In this document: one piece after another, positions 1-5,373 of the stretch
Numbering within the stretch: position 1 is the first letter of the stretch
How the letters are laid out: each line of letters opens with the position of its first letter
DNA from: a virus
Taxonomy: Duplodnaviria > Heunggongvirae > Uroviricota > Caudoviricetes
Reading direction: 5' to 3' (one strand)
IMG/VR virus record: IMGVR_UViG_2778261389_000002
Coordinates: 1-5,373 of that record
Length of the DNA stretch: 5,373 bases
Position numbers and translations under genes: made by a program
Notes under the pieces: model-generated
What the model was told of the DNA's origin: nothing
Databases searched by the model: none
Seen by the model: only the letters and a program-made list of their open reading frames with translations

Positions 1-60
1 GTGGCGGCCTCAGTCCGGAACAATTTGAAAACAAGAACCTCGCTTAGGCCTGTGTCCATA

Positions 61-630
61 TTACGTGGGTAGGATCACATATGGTGAATATTCGTTGTCT
101 TGTTTAGTAACGGTGTCTGTCATTGTCCTGATGTAGTCTGCGCTTACCACGTTGTTGTATTCTGTTGCGAAGCAGCATAACAACGTCAGAACATGCTCTG
201 TCGTTATTTCGATCCAGTTGATGTTGAAAAACTCATCGCCTTTTTTATCGTGTTCGGAATCGAAGATGCTTTGGTGGAGGATGTATTTGCCGGATTCCTT
301 GCGCGGTAACTTGATCGCTTTCTGGCGTTCCAACTCCTTGTAAATCTGCATTGCTTCAATTAGTACCGGCCTGCCGTTCATGAAGGGATCGCGCAACCTT
401 ACACGCTGGCCAACTCGACCGGTAATAAAGCTGTTTTCCTCTTCCACCAGCACGATAAAACCCTTTTCCTCTTTTTCTCGCAATTCGCGCAGCAGCTGGA
501 GTTCCATATCGCGGCGGCGTTCAGGGTAGCTGGTCCGCTCAGCCATTATCAGCTCGTTGTTGATCCATGCAGCAGTCATTGACGCCGGTTTACCGACGCT
601 CATCGAAACAACGCATATTTTCTTATCCAT
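61..630 (-). CDS. hypothetical protein, 189 aa, gene downstream of ref
   Basis: Part of track ORF 61..777(-). I place the start at ATG 628-630 (MDKKICVV...), preceded by SD AGGGGG (rc of 635-640) at 4-nt spacing; stop TAA at 61-63. The longer upstream extension in the track would translate through a terminator hairpin and the RBS, so it is rejected. No family recognised from the sequence; by P1 gene order it occupies the slot after ref. Confidence 0.55.
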   Translation of the reverse strand: MDKKICVVSMSVGKPASMTAAWINNELIMAERTSYPERRRDMELQLLRELREKEEKGFIVLVEEENSFITGRVGQRVRLRDPFMNGRPVLIEAMQIYKELERQKAIKLPRKESGKYILHQSIFDSEHDKKGDEFFNINWIEITTEHVLTLLCCFATEYNNVVSADYIRTMTDTVTKQDNEYSPYVILPT

Positions 631-642
631 AGCGCCCCCTAT

Positions 643-669
643 AAAAAAGAAAAGCCACCAGCGGCGGCT
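643..669 (-). terminator. intrinsic-terminator-like hairpin in front of the 189-aa ORF
   Basis: Minus strand reads AGCCGCC-GCT-GGTGGCT (7-bp stem with one G-U pair) followed by TTTTCTTTTTT. The T-tract ends about 12 nt upstream of the ATG at 630. Confidence 0.55.
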
Positions 670-819
670 TAGCAATACAACTGAAGGTAGCGCCCGGTAC
701 TCAGACTGTGCCGTCCATGGAATATTTGAAAAGGGATCCATCCGTACCGGGCATGTGATGATTCTGACTGAAGTCACTTGTCAGTTGTCAATTATTTCAG
801 ATTAAAAATAATATATTTA

Positions 820-1376
820 TTAGTGCATGATGTTTGCCATCTCATAGGCGTCAGCCAGCAATTCCATCTCTGACTTGTTCAGCAAGGTGAATTCTTTCTT
901 GCCTCCAACCACACCATCGGCATGAACGGGGACCAGCCAGGGGTATTTTTCTCTTACTTCAGCCGGTGCTGCATGCTAGTGGTGCCATCTACAAAGGGGC
1001 AATTGCTTTTTGTGACAACCCGGCGCGGTACGACCGGAGATATGGTGCAGAGACACCTCTTCAGATATTACTCCATGCATGTAGCAGGCAATGCAGGGGA
1101 GAGTGCCAAGAGCATTGGCGATGGTCCGTTCCTCCGCCGTCGGTGTTCGCCCCTTCAAGCCACGAGATTTTATTTTTACCGCACTTTTCCGCGTTTTGCT
1201 GGCTGGTGGGCGCTCTTTCTGTTTAGCGATACGGCGGTCGATAGAATCCCGCATTTTCTGATATTGCGATTCTCGCCAGGCGGGGTCAGCCAACTTTTCC
1301 CGTTGCCGATCGCTCGTTCTCTGGCTGCCTTCTGCCACTCGCGGCGCTGTTCAAGTTTTTGTTCGATTGTTTTCAT
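820..1376 (-). pseudogene. ref: ref (P1 recombination enhancement function, HNH endonuclease), disrupted by a frameshift and an in-frame TAG
   Basis: Best start ATG 1374-1376 (MKTIEQKLEQRREW...) lies in the frame of track ORF 1176..1481, which stops at 1176. The HNH core (CIAC...LHHI...CRWHH) is in a different frame (track ORF 976..1338) that overlaps it by 163 nt. That frame hits TAG at 976-978 and then stays open for 51 more codons (HAAPAEVREKYPWLVPVHADGVV...ANIMH) to TAA 820-822. ATG to TAA spans about 185 codons, matching the ~186-aa size I recall for P1 Ref. Position about 2 kb from loxP and the C1-operator promoter upstream fit ref. Confidence 0.6.
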
Positions 1377-1381
1377 ATGGC

Positions 1382-1407
1382 AAAAAAAAGGCGGCCTAAT
1401 GGCCGCC
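1382..1407 (-). terminator. intrinsic-terminator-like hairpin between the ref promoter and the ref ATG
   Basis: Minus strand reads GGCGGCC-ATTA-GGCCGCC (perfect 7-bp GC stem) followed by T8. The T-tract ends 5 nt before the ref ATG. It may terminate cre/cra read-through or act as a leader attenuator. Confidence 0.6.
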
Positions 1408-1465
1408 AATGATGTCAAGGAGTGAAGTAATGGCAACGTCTTCGTAGTTGACAAAAACTGCGGCT

Positions 1466-1491
1466 CAATTATAGCAATCAATTAGAGCAAT
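1466..1491 (-). promoter_or_regulatory. ref promoter (-10 TATAAT) overlapped by a C1 operator (Op2-like)
   Basis: Minus strand has a perfect TATAAT (rc of 1468-1473). Immediately upstream, ATTGCTCTAATTGATTG (rc of 1475-1491) matches the C1 operator consensus at 14/17 with the 11-bp core perfect. Ref is known to be C1-repressed in P1. Confidence 0.65.
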
Positions 1492-1517
1492 TAAAGTTAT
1501 TTATCGCGAATCACATT

Positions 1518-1546
1518 TTTTCATTTCAGTACCTGTGTGCTATACT
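1518..1546 (+). promoter_or_regulatory. candidate + strand promoter with extended -10
   Basis: TGcTATACT at 1538-1546 (TG plus TATACT) with a weak -35 TTTTCA at 1518-1523 and 17-nt spacer. It points at the terminator at 1593-1622. Confidence 0.35.
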
Positions 1547-1552
1547 CCTTCT

Positions 1553-1622
1553 TGATTGATTGGATGCGGAATACAAACCCGCTCTTTTGTGCAGCCTGGC
1601 TCCTTGCCAGGCTTTTTTTATT
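1553..1622 (+). ncRNA. candidate small RNA of about 70 nt (promoter to intrinsic terminator)
   Basis: Predicted start about 1553 after the extended -10. A strong + strand terminator follows: AGCCTGGC-TCCTT-GCCAGGCT (8-bp stem, 1593-1613) then TTTTTTTATTT. No plausible ORF or RBS inside. It lies between the cra-position ORF and the ref promoter. Confidence 0.3.
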
Positions 1623-1929
1623 TCAGCATGGAAGCTGTTAACGCTTTGGACCTTGCTGAACTGATTGAAAGGGCTTTGTCAACGTGCCCCAAAAATTCGC
1701 CAAACTCGGCCATCACTTTGGCAAAACCGCGCCGTGCTTCTTTCTCGGTGGCATTCATCACGAAATGTTCAGCACTACGCATACTTTTGACAGGGAACGC
1801 AACGGATATTGAGTCAATATCAGGCATTCTATCGCTCAGCTTTACAGTGACAATGACGGCTGGCGACTGAATATTAGTGCTTACAGACAGCACTACATAT
1901 TTTCCGTCGATGTTGAAATCCTTTCTCAC
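1618..1929 (-). CDS. hypothetical protein, 103 aa, in the position of P1 cra
   Basis: Track ORF 1618..1929(-) with GTG start and a weak GGTGA SD; the stop lies inside the T-tract of the 1593-1622 hairpin. It sits between cre and ref where P1 carries cra, but I cannot confirm the sequence identity from memory. The antisense + ORF 1556..1870 is less plausible because it would read through the terminator. Confidence 0.4.
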   Translation of the reverse strand: MRKDFNIDGKYVVLSVSTNIQSPAVIVTVKLSDRMPDIDSISVAFPVKSMRSAEHFVMNATEKEARRGFAKVMAEFGEFLGHVDKALSISSARSKALTASMLK

Positions 1930-1945
1930 ATGTCACCATAAATAT

Positions 1946-1962
1946 CAAAGAATTAGAGCAAT
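1946..1962 (-). promoter_or_regulatory. C1 operator-like site between cre and the cra-position ORF
   Basis: rc of 1946-1962 is ATTGCTCTAATTCTTTG: the 11-bp core ATTGCTCTAAT is perfect, 13/17 overall against the consensus. Confidence 0.45.
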
Positions 1963-1979
1963 AATTTACGCGTTAATGG

Positions 1980-3011
1980 CTAATCGCCATCTTCCAGCAG
2001 GCGCACCATTGCCCCTGTTTCACTATCCAGGTTACGGATATAGTTCATGACAATATTTACGTTGGTCCAGCCACCAGCTTGCATGATCTCCGGTAGTGAA
2101 ACTCCGGCGCGGGCCATATCTCGTGCGGCTCCGACACGGGCACTGTGTCCAGACCAGGCCAGGTACCTCTGGCCAGAGTCATCCTTAGCCCCGTAAATCA
2201 ATCGGTGAGTTGCTTCAAAAATCCCTTCCAGGGCGCGAGTTGATAGCTGGCTGGTGGCAGATGGCGCGGCAACACCATTTTTTCTGACACGGCAAAACAA
2301 GTAGTTATTCGGATCATCAGCCACACCAGAGACAGAAATCCATCGCTCAACCAGTTTAGTTACCCCCAGACTAAGTGCCTTCTCTACACCAGCGGTGCTA
2401 ACCAGCGTTTTCGTTCTGCCAATATGGATTAACATTCTCCCACCGTCAGTACGTGAGATATCTTTAACTCTGATCCTAGAAATTTCGGCTATACGTAACA
2501 GGGTGTTATAAGCAATCCCCAGAAATGCCAGATTACGTATATCCTGGCAGCGATCGCTATTTTCCATGAGTGAACGAACCTGGTCGAAATCAGTGCGTTC
2601 GAACGCCAGCGCCTGTTTTGCACGCTCACCGGCATCAACGTTTTCTTTTCGGATCCGTCGGATGACCAGTGAAACAGCATTGCTGTCACTTGGTCGTGGC
2701 AGCCCGGACCGACGATGAAGCATATTTAGCTGGCCCAAATGTTGCTGGATAGTTTTCACTGCCAGACCGCGCGCCTGAAGATATAGAAGATAATCGCGAA
2801 CATCTTCAGGTTCTGCGGGAAACCATTTCCGGTTATTCAACTTGCACCATGCCGCCCATGACCGGCAAACGGACAGAAGCATTTTCCAGGTATGCTCAGA
2901 AAACGCCTGGCGATCCCTGAACATATCCATCAGGTTCTTGCGAACCTCATCACTCGTTGCATCGACCGGCAATGCAGGCAAATTTTGGTGTACGGTCAGT
3001 AAATTGGACAT
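1980..3011 (-). CDS. cre: Cre site-specific tyrosine recombinase
   Basis: 343-aa ORF (MSNLLTVHQNLPALPVDATSDEVRKNLMDMFRDRQAFSEH...MVRLLEDGD) recognised as P1 Cre over its full length. Catalytic-region motifs are present (GHSARVGAARD, GGW, NYI). loxP lies 419 bp upstream. Confidence 0.97.
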   Translation of the reverse strand: MSNLLTVHQNLPALPVDATSDEVRKNLMDMFRDRQAFSEHTWKMLLSVCRSWAAWCKLNNRKWFPAEPEDVRDYLLYLQARGLAVKTIQQHLGQLNMLHRRSGLPRPSDSNAVSLVIRRIRKENVDAGERAKQALAFERTDFDQVRSLMENSDRCQDIRNLAFLGIAYNTLLRIAEISRIRVKDISRTDGGRMLIHIGRTKTLVSTAGVEKALSLGVTKLVERWISVSGVADDPNNYLFCRVRKNGVAAPSATSQLSTRALEGIFEATHRLIYGAKDDSGQRYLAWSGHSARVGAARDMARAGVSLPEIMQAGGWTNVNIVMNYIRNLDSETGAMVRLLEDGD

Positions 3012-3018
3012 TTGACAC

Positions 3019-3240
3019 TCAGATAATGGTTTTAAGTAAAGTGTACAGGATCGGCTCTGCCTTTACCTGTTTATGGTTCTCGTCATAGAAACGCCAACGA
3101 CCGCGACTGCGTTCTATCTTTTCTTCACCGCGCGATAATGACAGTTGACAACTATCACGATCAAACCCTTTCGCCCGCCAGTAACCACGATTTTTCTCAA
3201 GCTCAAGATGAGTGGACACTTTAGCAGCTGAATATCCCAT
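3019..3240 (-). CDS. small ORF (73 aa) directly upstream of cre
   Basis: ATG at 3238-3240 is preceded by SD GAGGTGA at about 4-nt spacing; the stop at 3019-3021 is 7 nt before the cre ATG. The product is basic with no recognisable domain. It could be a real leader ORF or a chance ORF in the cre regulatory region. Confidence 0.35.
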   Translation of the reverse strand: MGYSAAKVSTHLELEKNRGYWRAKGFDRDSCQLSLSRGEEKIERSRGRWRFYDENHKQVKAEPILYTLLKTII

Positions 3241-3337
3241 TTTTCACCTCTGATTGATTGGTGGTGCTAAGTGCGCTACGCGAAATCTGGAGCACTAACA
3301 CTGCCAACATTTCGCAGATTTTACGTAGCGCAACCTT

Positions 3338-3410
3338 GATCAAATGATCAAGTGATCACTATTTGACCTGATAAGGTATTGAGCTGTATGGATTTACAGG
3401 TAAATTGATC
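3338..3410. promoter_or_regulatory. Dam (GATC) site cluster in the cre regulatory region
   Basis: GATC at 3338, 3346, 3354 and 3407; the first three sit in reiterated TGATCA hexamers within 20 bp. P1 cre promoters are reported to be methylation-sensitive. Confidence 0.5.
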
Positions 3411-3429
3411 ATGTTCAATAACCCTTAAG

Positions 3430-3463
3430 ATAACTTCGTATAATGTATGCTATACGAAGTTAT
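3430..3463 (+). other. loxP: loxP site (Cre recombination target)
   Basis: Exact 34-bp ATAACTTCGTATA-ATGTATGC-TATACGAAGTTAT: two 13-bp inverted arms around an 8-bp asymmetric spacer. Confidence 0.97.
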
Positions 3464-3506
3464 TAGGTCTGAAGAGGAGTTTACGTCCAGCTGCGCATAA
3501 AAATCA

Positions 3507-3523
3507 AGAATTATTAGAGCAAT
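3507..3523 (-). promoter_or_regulatory. C1 operator (Op99 family), minus orientation
   Basis: rc of 3507-3523 is ATTGCTCTAATAATTCT, 15/17 against the consensus ATTGCTCTAATAAATTT. Confidence 0.7.
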
Positions 3524-3583
3524 AAATTTTGAGAGAAAAATCCCACTCCACCAGCCAAAAACTGGATTGTTTTTCATAGTTGT

Positions 3584-3610
3584 TTGACAATTGCTCTAAT
3601 AAATTATAGT
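3584..3610 (+). promoter_or_regulatory. immC promoter (P99-like) with overlapping C1 operator
   Basis: -35 TTGACA at 3584-3589 is followed by ATTGCTCTAATAAATTA (3590-3606, 16/17 to consensus) and -10 TATAGT at 3605-3610. It is oriented toward coi and c1, consistent with autoregulation. Confidence 0.75.
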
Positions 3611-3844
3611 TTTGCCGCCGTTACGTAATACGACTTTGGATTCACTATTTAATGTGTCTTCAGCGTTGTAGAGCGGCTCAGAAGGAAATGAGCAAACAGG
3701 GAAACCTTATACAACGGCATTACAGCTATGCATTGCTCATCTTACACACAGCGCAATGTTGTTAGATTACCCCAGCATGGATCATGGGTGAAACAGTAGG
3801 TCAGAGCTTCAGGCTCTGTGTTGTCAATACAGTGAGGCATAATT

Positions 3845-4054
3845 ATGGCTTTCATTCAACCAACCATCGGCGACGTTAGACATTGCTCTAACGCTTTATC
3901 TGTAGACCCTGCCGAAACCGACGCAGCCCGCGCCATTGCTGAACACTACTCAAAGATATCCAATCAGGAGTACCGCATCACCCAAGACGACCTGGATGAC
4001 CTCACTGACACAATCGAATATCTCATGGCAACTAACCAGTTAGACTCACAATAA
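3845..4054 (+). CDS. coi: Coi, C1 inactivator
   Basis: 69-aa ORF (MAFIQPTIGDVRHCSNALSV...) immediately upstream of c1 in the same orientation, with a GAGG SD 7 nt upstream. Size and position match P1 coi. A weak operator-like ATTGCTCTAA core sits inside the gene at 3882-3891. Confidence 0.85.
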   Translation: MAFIQPTIGDVRHCSNALSVDPAETDAARAIAEHYSKISNQEYRITQDDLDDLTDTIEYLMATNQLDSQ

Positions 4055-4097
4055 ATGCACTAATAAATCTATTATTTTCGTTTGATCCCTCTATAAT
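4054..4097 (+). promoter_or_regulatory. operator-like site at the coi stop plus candidate -10 for c1
   Basis: AATGCACTAATAAATCT (4054-4070) matches the C1 operator consensus at 14/17 with two core mismatches. TATAAT at 4092-4097 has no good -35. Confidence 0.35.
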
Positions 4098-4164
4098 ATA
4101 GGTCAGTAATGACCGGTTTTCTCAGCCGGGCGTTATTGACCATGTCAATTCTGGAGGAGGATCA

Positions 4165-5016
4165 ATGATAAATTATGTCTACGGCGAACAACTGTACCAG
4201 GAGTTCGTCAGCTTCAGGGATCTCTTTCTAAAAAAAGCTGTTGCACGCGCCCAACACGTTGATACAGCCAGCGACGGTCGTCCTGTACGCCCGGTTGTCG
4301 TTCTACCGTTCAAAGAAACTGACAGCATTCAGGCTGAAATTGATAAATGGACTTTAATGGCGCGGGAACTGGAACAGTACCCAGACCTCAATATCCCAAA
4401 GACTATTTTATATCCAGTGCCTAACATCCTTCGCGGTGTGCGTAAGGTTACAACTTATCAGACAGAAGCTGTGAACAGCGTCAACATGACCGCTGGCCGC
4501 ATTATTCATCTGATTGATAAGGACATTCGCATCCAAAAAAGCGCGGAGATCAATGAGCACAGTGCGAAATACATAGAGAACCTGGAAGCAACAAAAGAGC
4601 TAATGAAGCAGTACCCGGAGGATGAAAAATTCCGTATGCGCGTACACGGCTTTAGCGAAACAATGCTGCGCGTCCACTACATTTCCAGTAGCCCTAACTA
4701 CAATGATGGTAAATCAGTTAGTTACCATGTGCCACTGTGTGGCGTGTTTATCTGCGATGAAACTCTCCGTGATGGAATTATCATCAACGGTGAATTCGAA
4801 AAAGCAAAATTTAGCCTTTATGACTCCATAGAACCGATCATCTGCGACCGCTGGCCGCAAGCAAAAATATATCGCCTGGCAGATATTGAAAATGTAAAAA
4901 AACAAATTGCCATCACTCGCGAAGAGAAAAAGGTTAAGTCAGCCGCATCAGTTACGCGCAGCCGTAAAACCAAGAAGGGGCAGCCAGTAAACGACAACCC
5001 CGAAAGCGCGCAATAA
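4165..5016 (+). CDS. c1: C1 repressor of lytic functions
   Basis: 283-aa ORF (MINYVYGEQLYQEFVSFRDLFLKK...NDNPESAQ) recognised as P1 C1. Strong SD GGAGGAGG at 4153-4160 sits 4 nt before the ATG. It lies downstream of coi and the operator-controlled promoter. Confidence 0.95.
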   Translation: MINYVYGEQLYQEFVSFRDLFLKKAVARAQHVDTASDGRPVRPVVVLPFKETDSIQAEIDKWTLMARELEQYPDLNIPKTILYPVPNILRGVRKVTTYQTEAVNSVNMTAGRIIHLIDKDIRIQKSAEINEHSAKYIENLEATKELMKQYPEDEKFRMRVHGFSETMLRVHYISSSPNYNDGKSVSYHVPLCGVFICDETLRDGIIINGEFEKAKFSLYDSIEPIICDRWPQAKIYRLADIENVKKQIAITREEKKVKSAASVTRSRKTKKGQPVNDNPESAQ

Positions 5017-5020
5017 ATTA

Positions 5021-5053
5021 TGCCCGGCATCAACCGGGCATTCTTCCATTATT
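5021..5053. terminator. bidirectional intrinsic terminator between convergent c1 and the KilAC-like ORF
   Basis: TGCCCGG-CATCAA-CCGGGCA (7-bp stem) is followed by TTCTTCCATTATT on the + strand and by TAATTTATT on the - strand. Confidence 0.55.
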
Positions 5054-5312
5054 CAGCCGCCACCGGTTTTAACAAGCCAGCATCGAGCAGTTTACGCGTC
5101 AACCACTGCTGGCCTTTACCCGTTAATTGAGGCGTCAACCGTATCTGGTAGCCATCTTCATCATCCAGCACCACTTCTTTCACCGTGAAATACCCCGCGT
5201 TGATGTACTGCTGGAACGGTACATTTTTACGGCCTCCGGACGCTATCAGAATGCCGTTCTCCCGTAACCAGGCAAACAGCGCATTTTGTTTAAGTCGGGG
5301 TTTGAGGGCCAA
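5049..5312 (-). CDS. KilAC/ANT-like domain ORF (87 aa), probably a 5'-truncated remnant
   Basis: Track ORF 5049..5312(-). The motif pattern (NALFAWLRENGIL...NVPFQQYINAGYF...TPQLTGKGQQWLTRKLL) resembles the C-terminal KilAC/ANT domain of phage antirepressors, judged by eye. It has no ATG (only TTG at 5310-5312) and no SD, and all three minus frames are closed by stops in 5313-5373. Confidence 0.4.
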   Translation of the reverse strand: MALKPRLKQNALFAWLRENGILIASGGRKNVPFQQYINAGYFTVKEVVLDDEDGYQIRLTPQLTGKGQQWLTRKLLDAGLLKPVAAE

Positions 5313-5373
5313 TGGAACGAAAACGTACGCTAAGAAGTTAATTCATTGTTTAAATTGAAATTTAGTTCTCTCA

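Noticed and set aside
61-777. 238-aa version of the left-most minus-strand ORF starting at 777
   Set aside because: The extra 49 N-terminal codons translate straight through a terminator hairpin and the SD. ATG 628-630 with an AGGGGG SD is the credible start.
152-805. + strand ORFs 152..343 and 557..805
   Set aside because: They are antisense to the 189-aa gene and have no RBS.
922-1425. + strand ORFs 922..1425 and 966..1226
   Set aside because: They are antisense to ref, Cys/Arg-rich with low-complexity composition and no RBS; a mirror-frame artefact.
1419-1445. AAGGAG SD followed by ATG GCA ACG TCT TCG TAG (5 codons) on the + strand
   Set aside because: Five codons only, inside the ref leader region; most likely a chance occurrence.
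1176-1481. 101-aa ORF start at 1481 (MIAIIEPQ...) as the ref start
   Set aside because: That ATG lies inside the C1 operator and promoter and upstream of the terminator-like hairpin; MKTIEQ at 1374-1376 is the plausible start.
1556-1870. + strand 104-aa ORF
   Set aside because: It uses a TTG start and reads through the 1593-1622 terminator hairpin, there is no SD before the internal ATG at 1628, and it is antisense to the more plausible minus-strand ORF.
2489-2689. 66-aa minus-strand ORF inside cre
   Set aside because: It is out of frame within the Cre coding sequence; spurious.
1980-3463. Possibility that this is an engineered Cre/loxP cassette
   Set aside because: There is a single loxP with native flanks, followed by coi-c1 with their operators on one side and cre's native regulatory region and ref on the other, which is the natural P1 arrangement. 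No vector backbone, selection marker or second lox site is present.
4622-5033. ORFs 4622..4831(+), 4714..4905(-), 4818..5033(-)
   Set aside because: They are embedded in or antisense to c1 and have no translation signals.
1-5373. CRISPR array, tRNA/rRNA genes, IS element or transposase, toxin-antitoxin or other defence island
   Set aside because: No direct-repeat/spacer periodicity, no tRNA-like cloverleaf candidates, and no terminal inverted repeats or transposase-like ORF were seen. Every substantial ORF is accounted for by the P1 immC-lox-cre-ref module.
5049-5373. Calling the right-end ORF the C-terminus of PacB
   Set aside because: Synteny predicts pacB here, but the ORF is closed by stops in all three frames within 5313-5373 and its motifs look like a KilAC/ANT domain rather than a terminase. 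I cannot support a pacB call from the sequence.

Overview
This 5.4-kb window is the genome-origin region of bacteriophage P1 or a close P1-like plasmid-prophage, shown in reverse complement to the usual P1 map. From right to left it carries immC (coi and c1 on the + strand, with several copies of the C1 operator ATTGCTCTAATAAATTT), loxP (3430-3463), cre (- strand, 343 aa), a 103-aa ORF in the cra position, ref (an HNH nuclease gene behind a C1-operator-overlapped promoter) and a 189-aa ORF. Cre, C1 and Coi are full length. Ref is not intact: its basic N-terminus, HNH core and C-terminal tail cannot be read as one ORF (a frame change in the first third plus an in-frame TAG after ...CRWHH), so I call it a pseudogene. 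Right of c1, where P1 synteny predicts the 3' end of pacB, there is instead an 87-aa KilAC/ANT-like ORF with no ATG or RBS and stops in all three frames upstream. Other points: a promoter/terminator-delimited ~70-nt candidate sRNA, terminator-like hairpins placed directly in front of two start codons, and a GATC cluster plus a long imperfect palindrome in the cre leader. I see no CRISPR array, tRNA/rRNA, transposase or recognisable defence system; this looks like a well-known module with some atypical details, not a new system. All identifications are from reading the sequence and from memory of the P1 literature; no database search was run.
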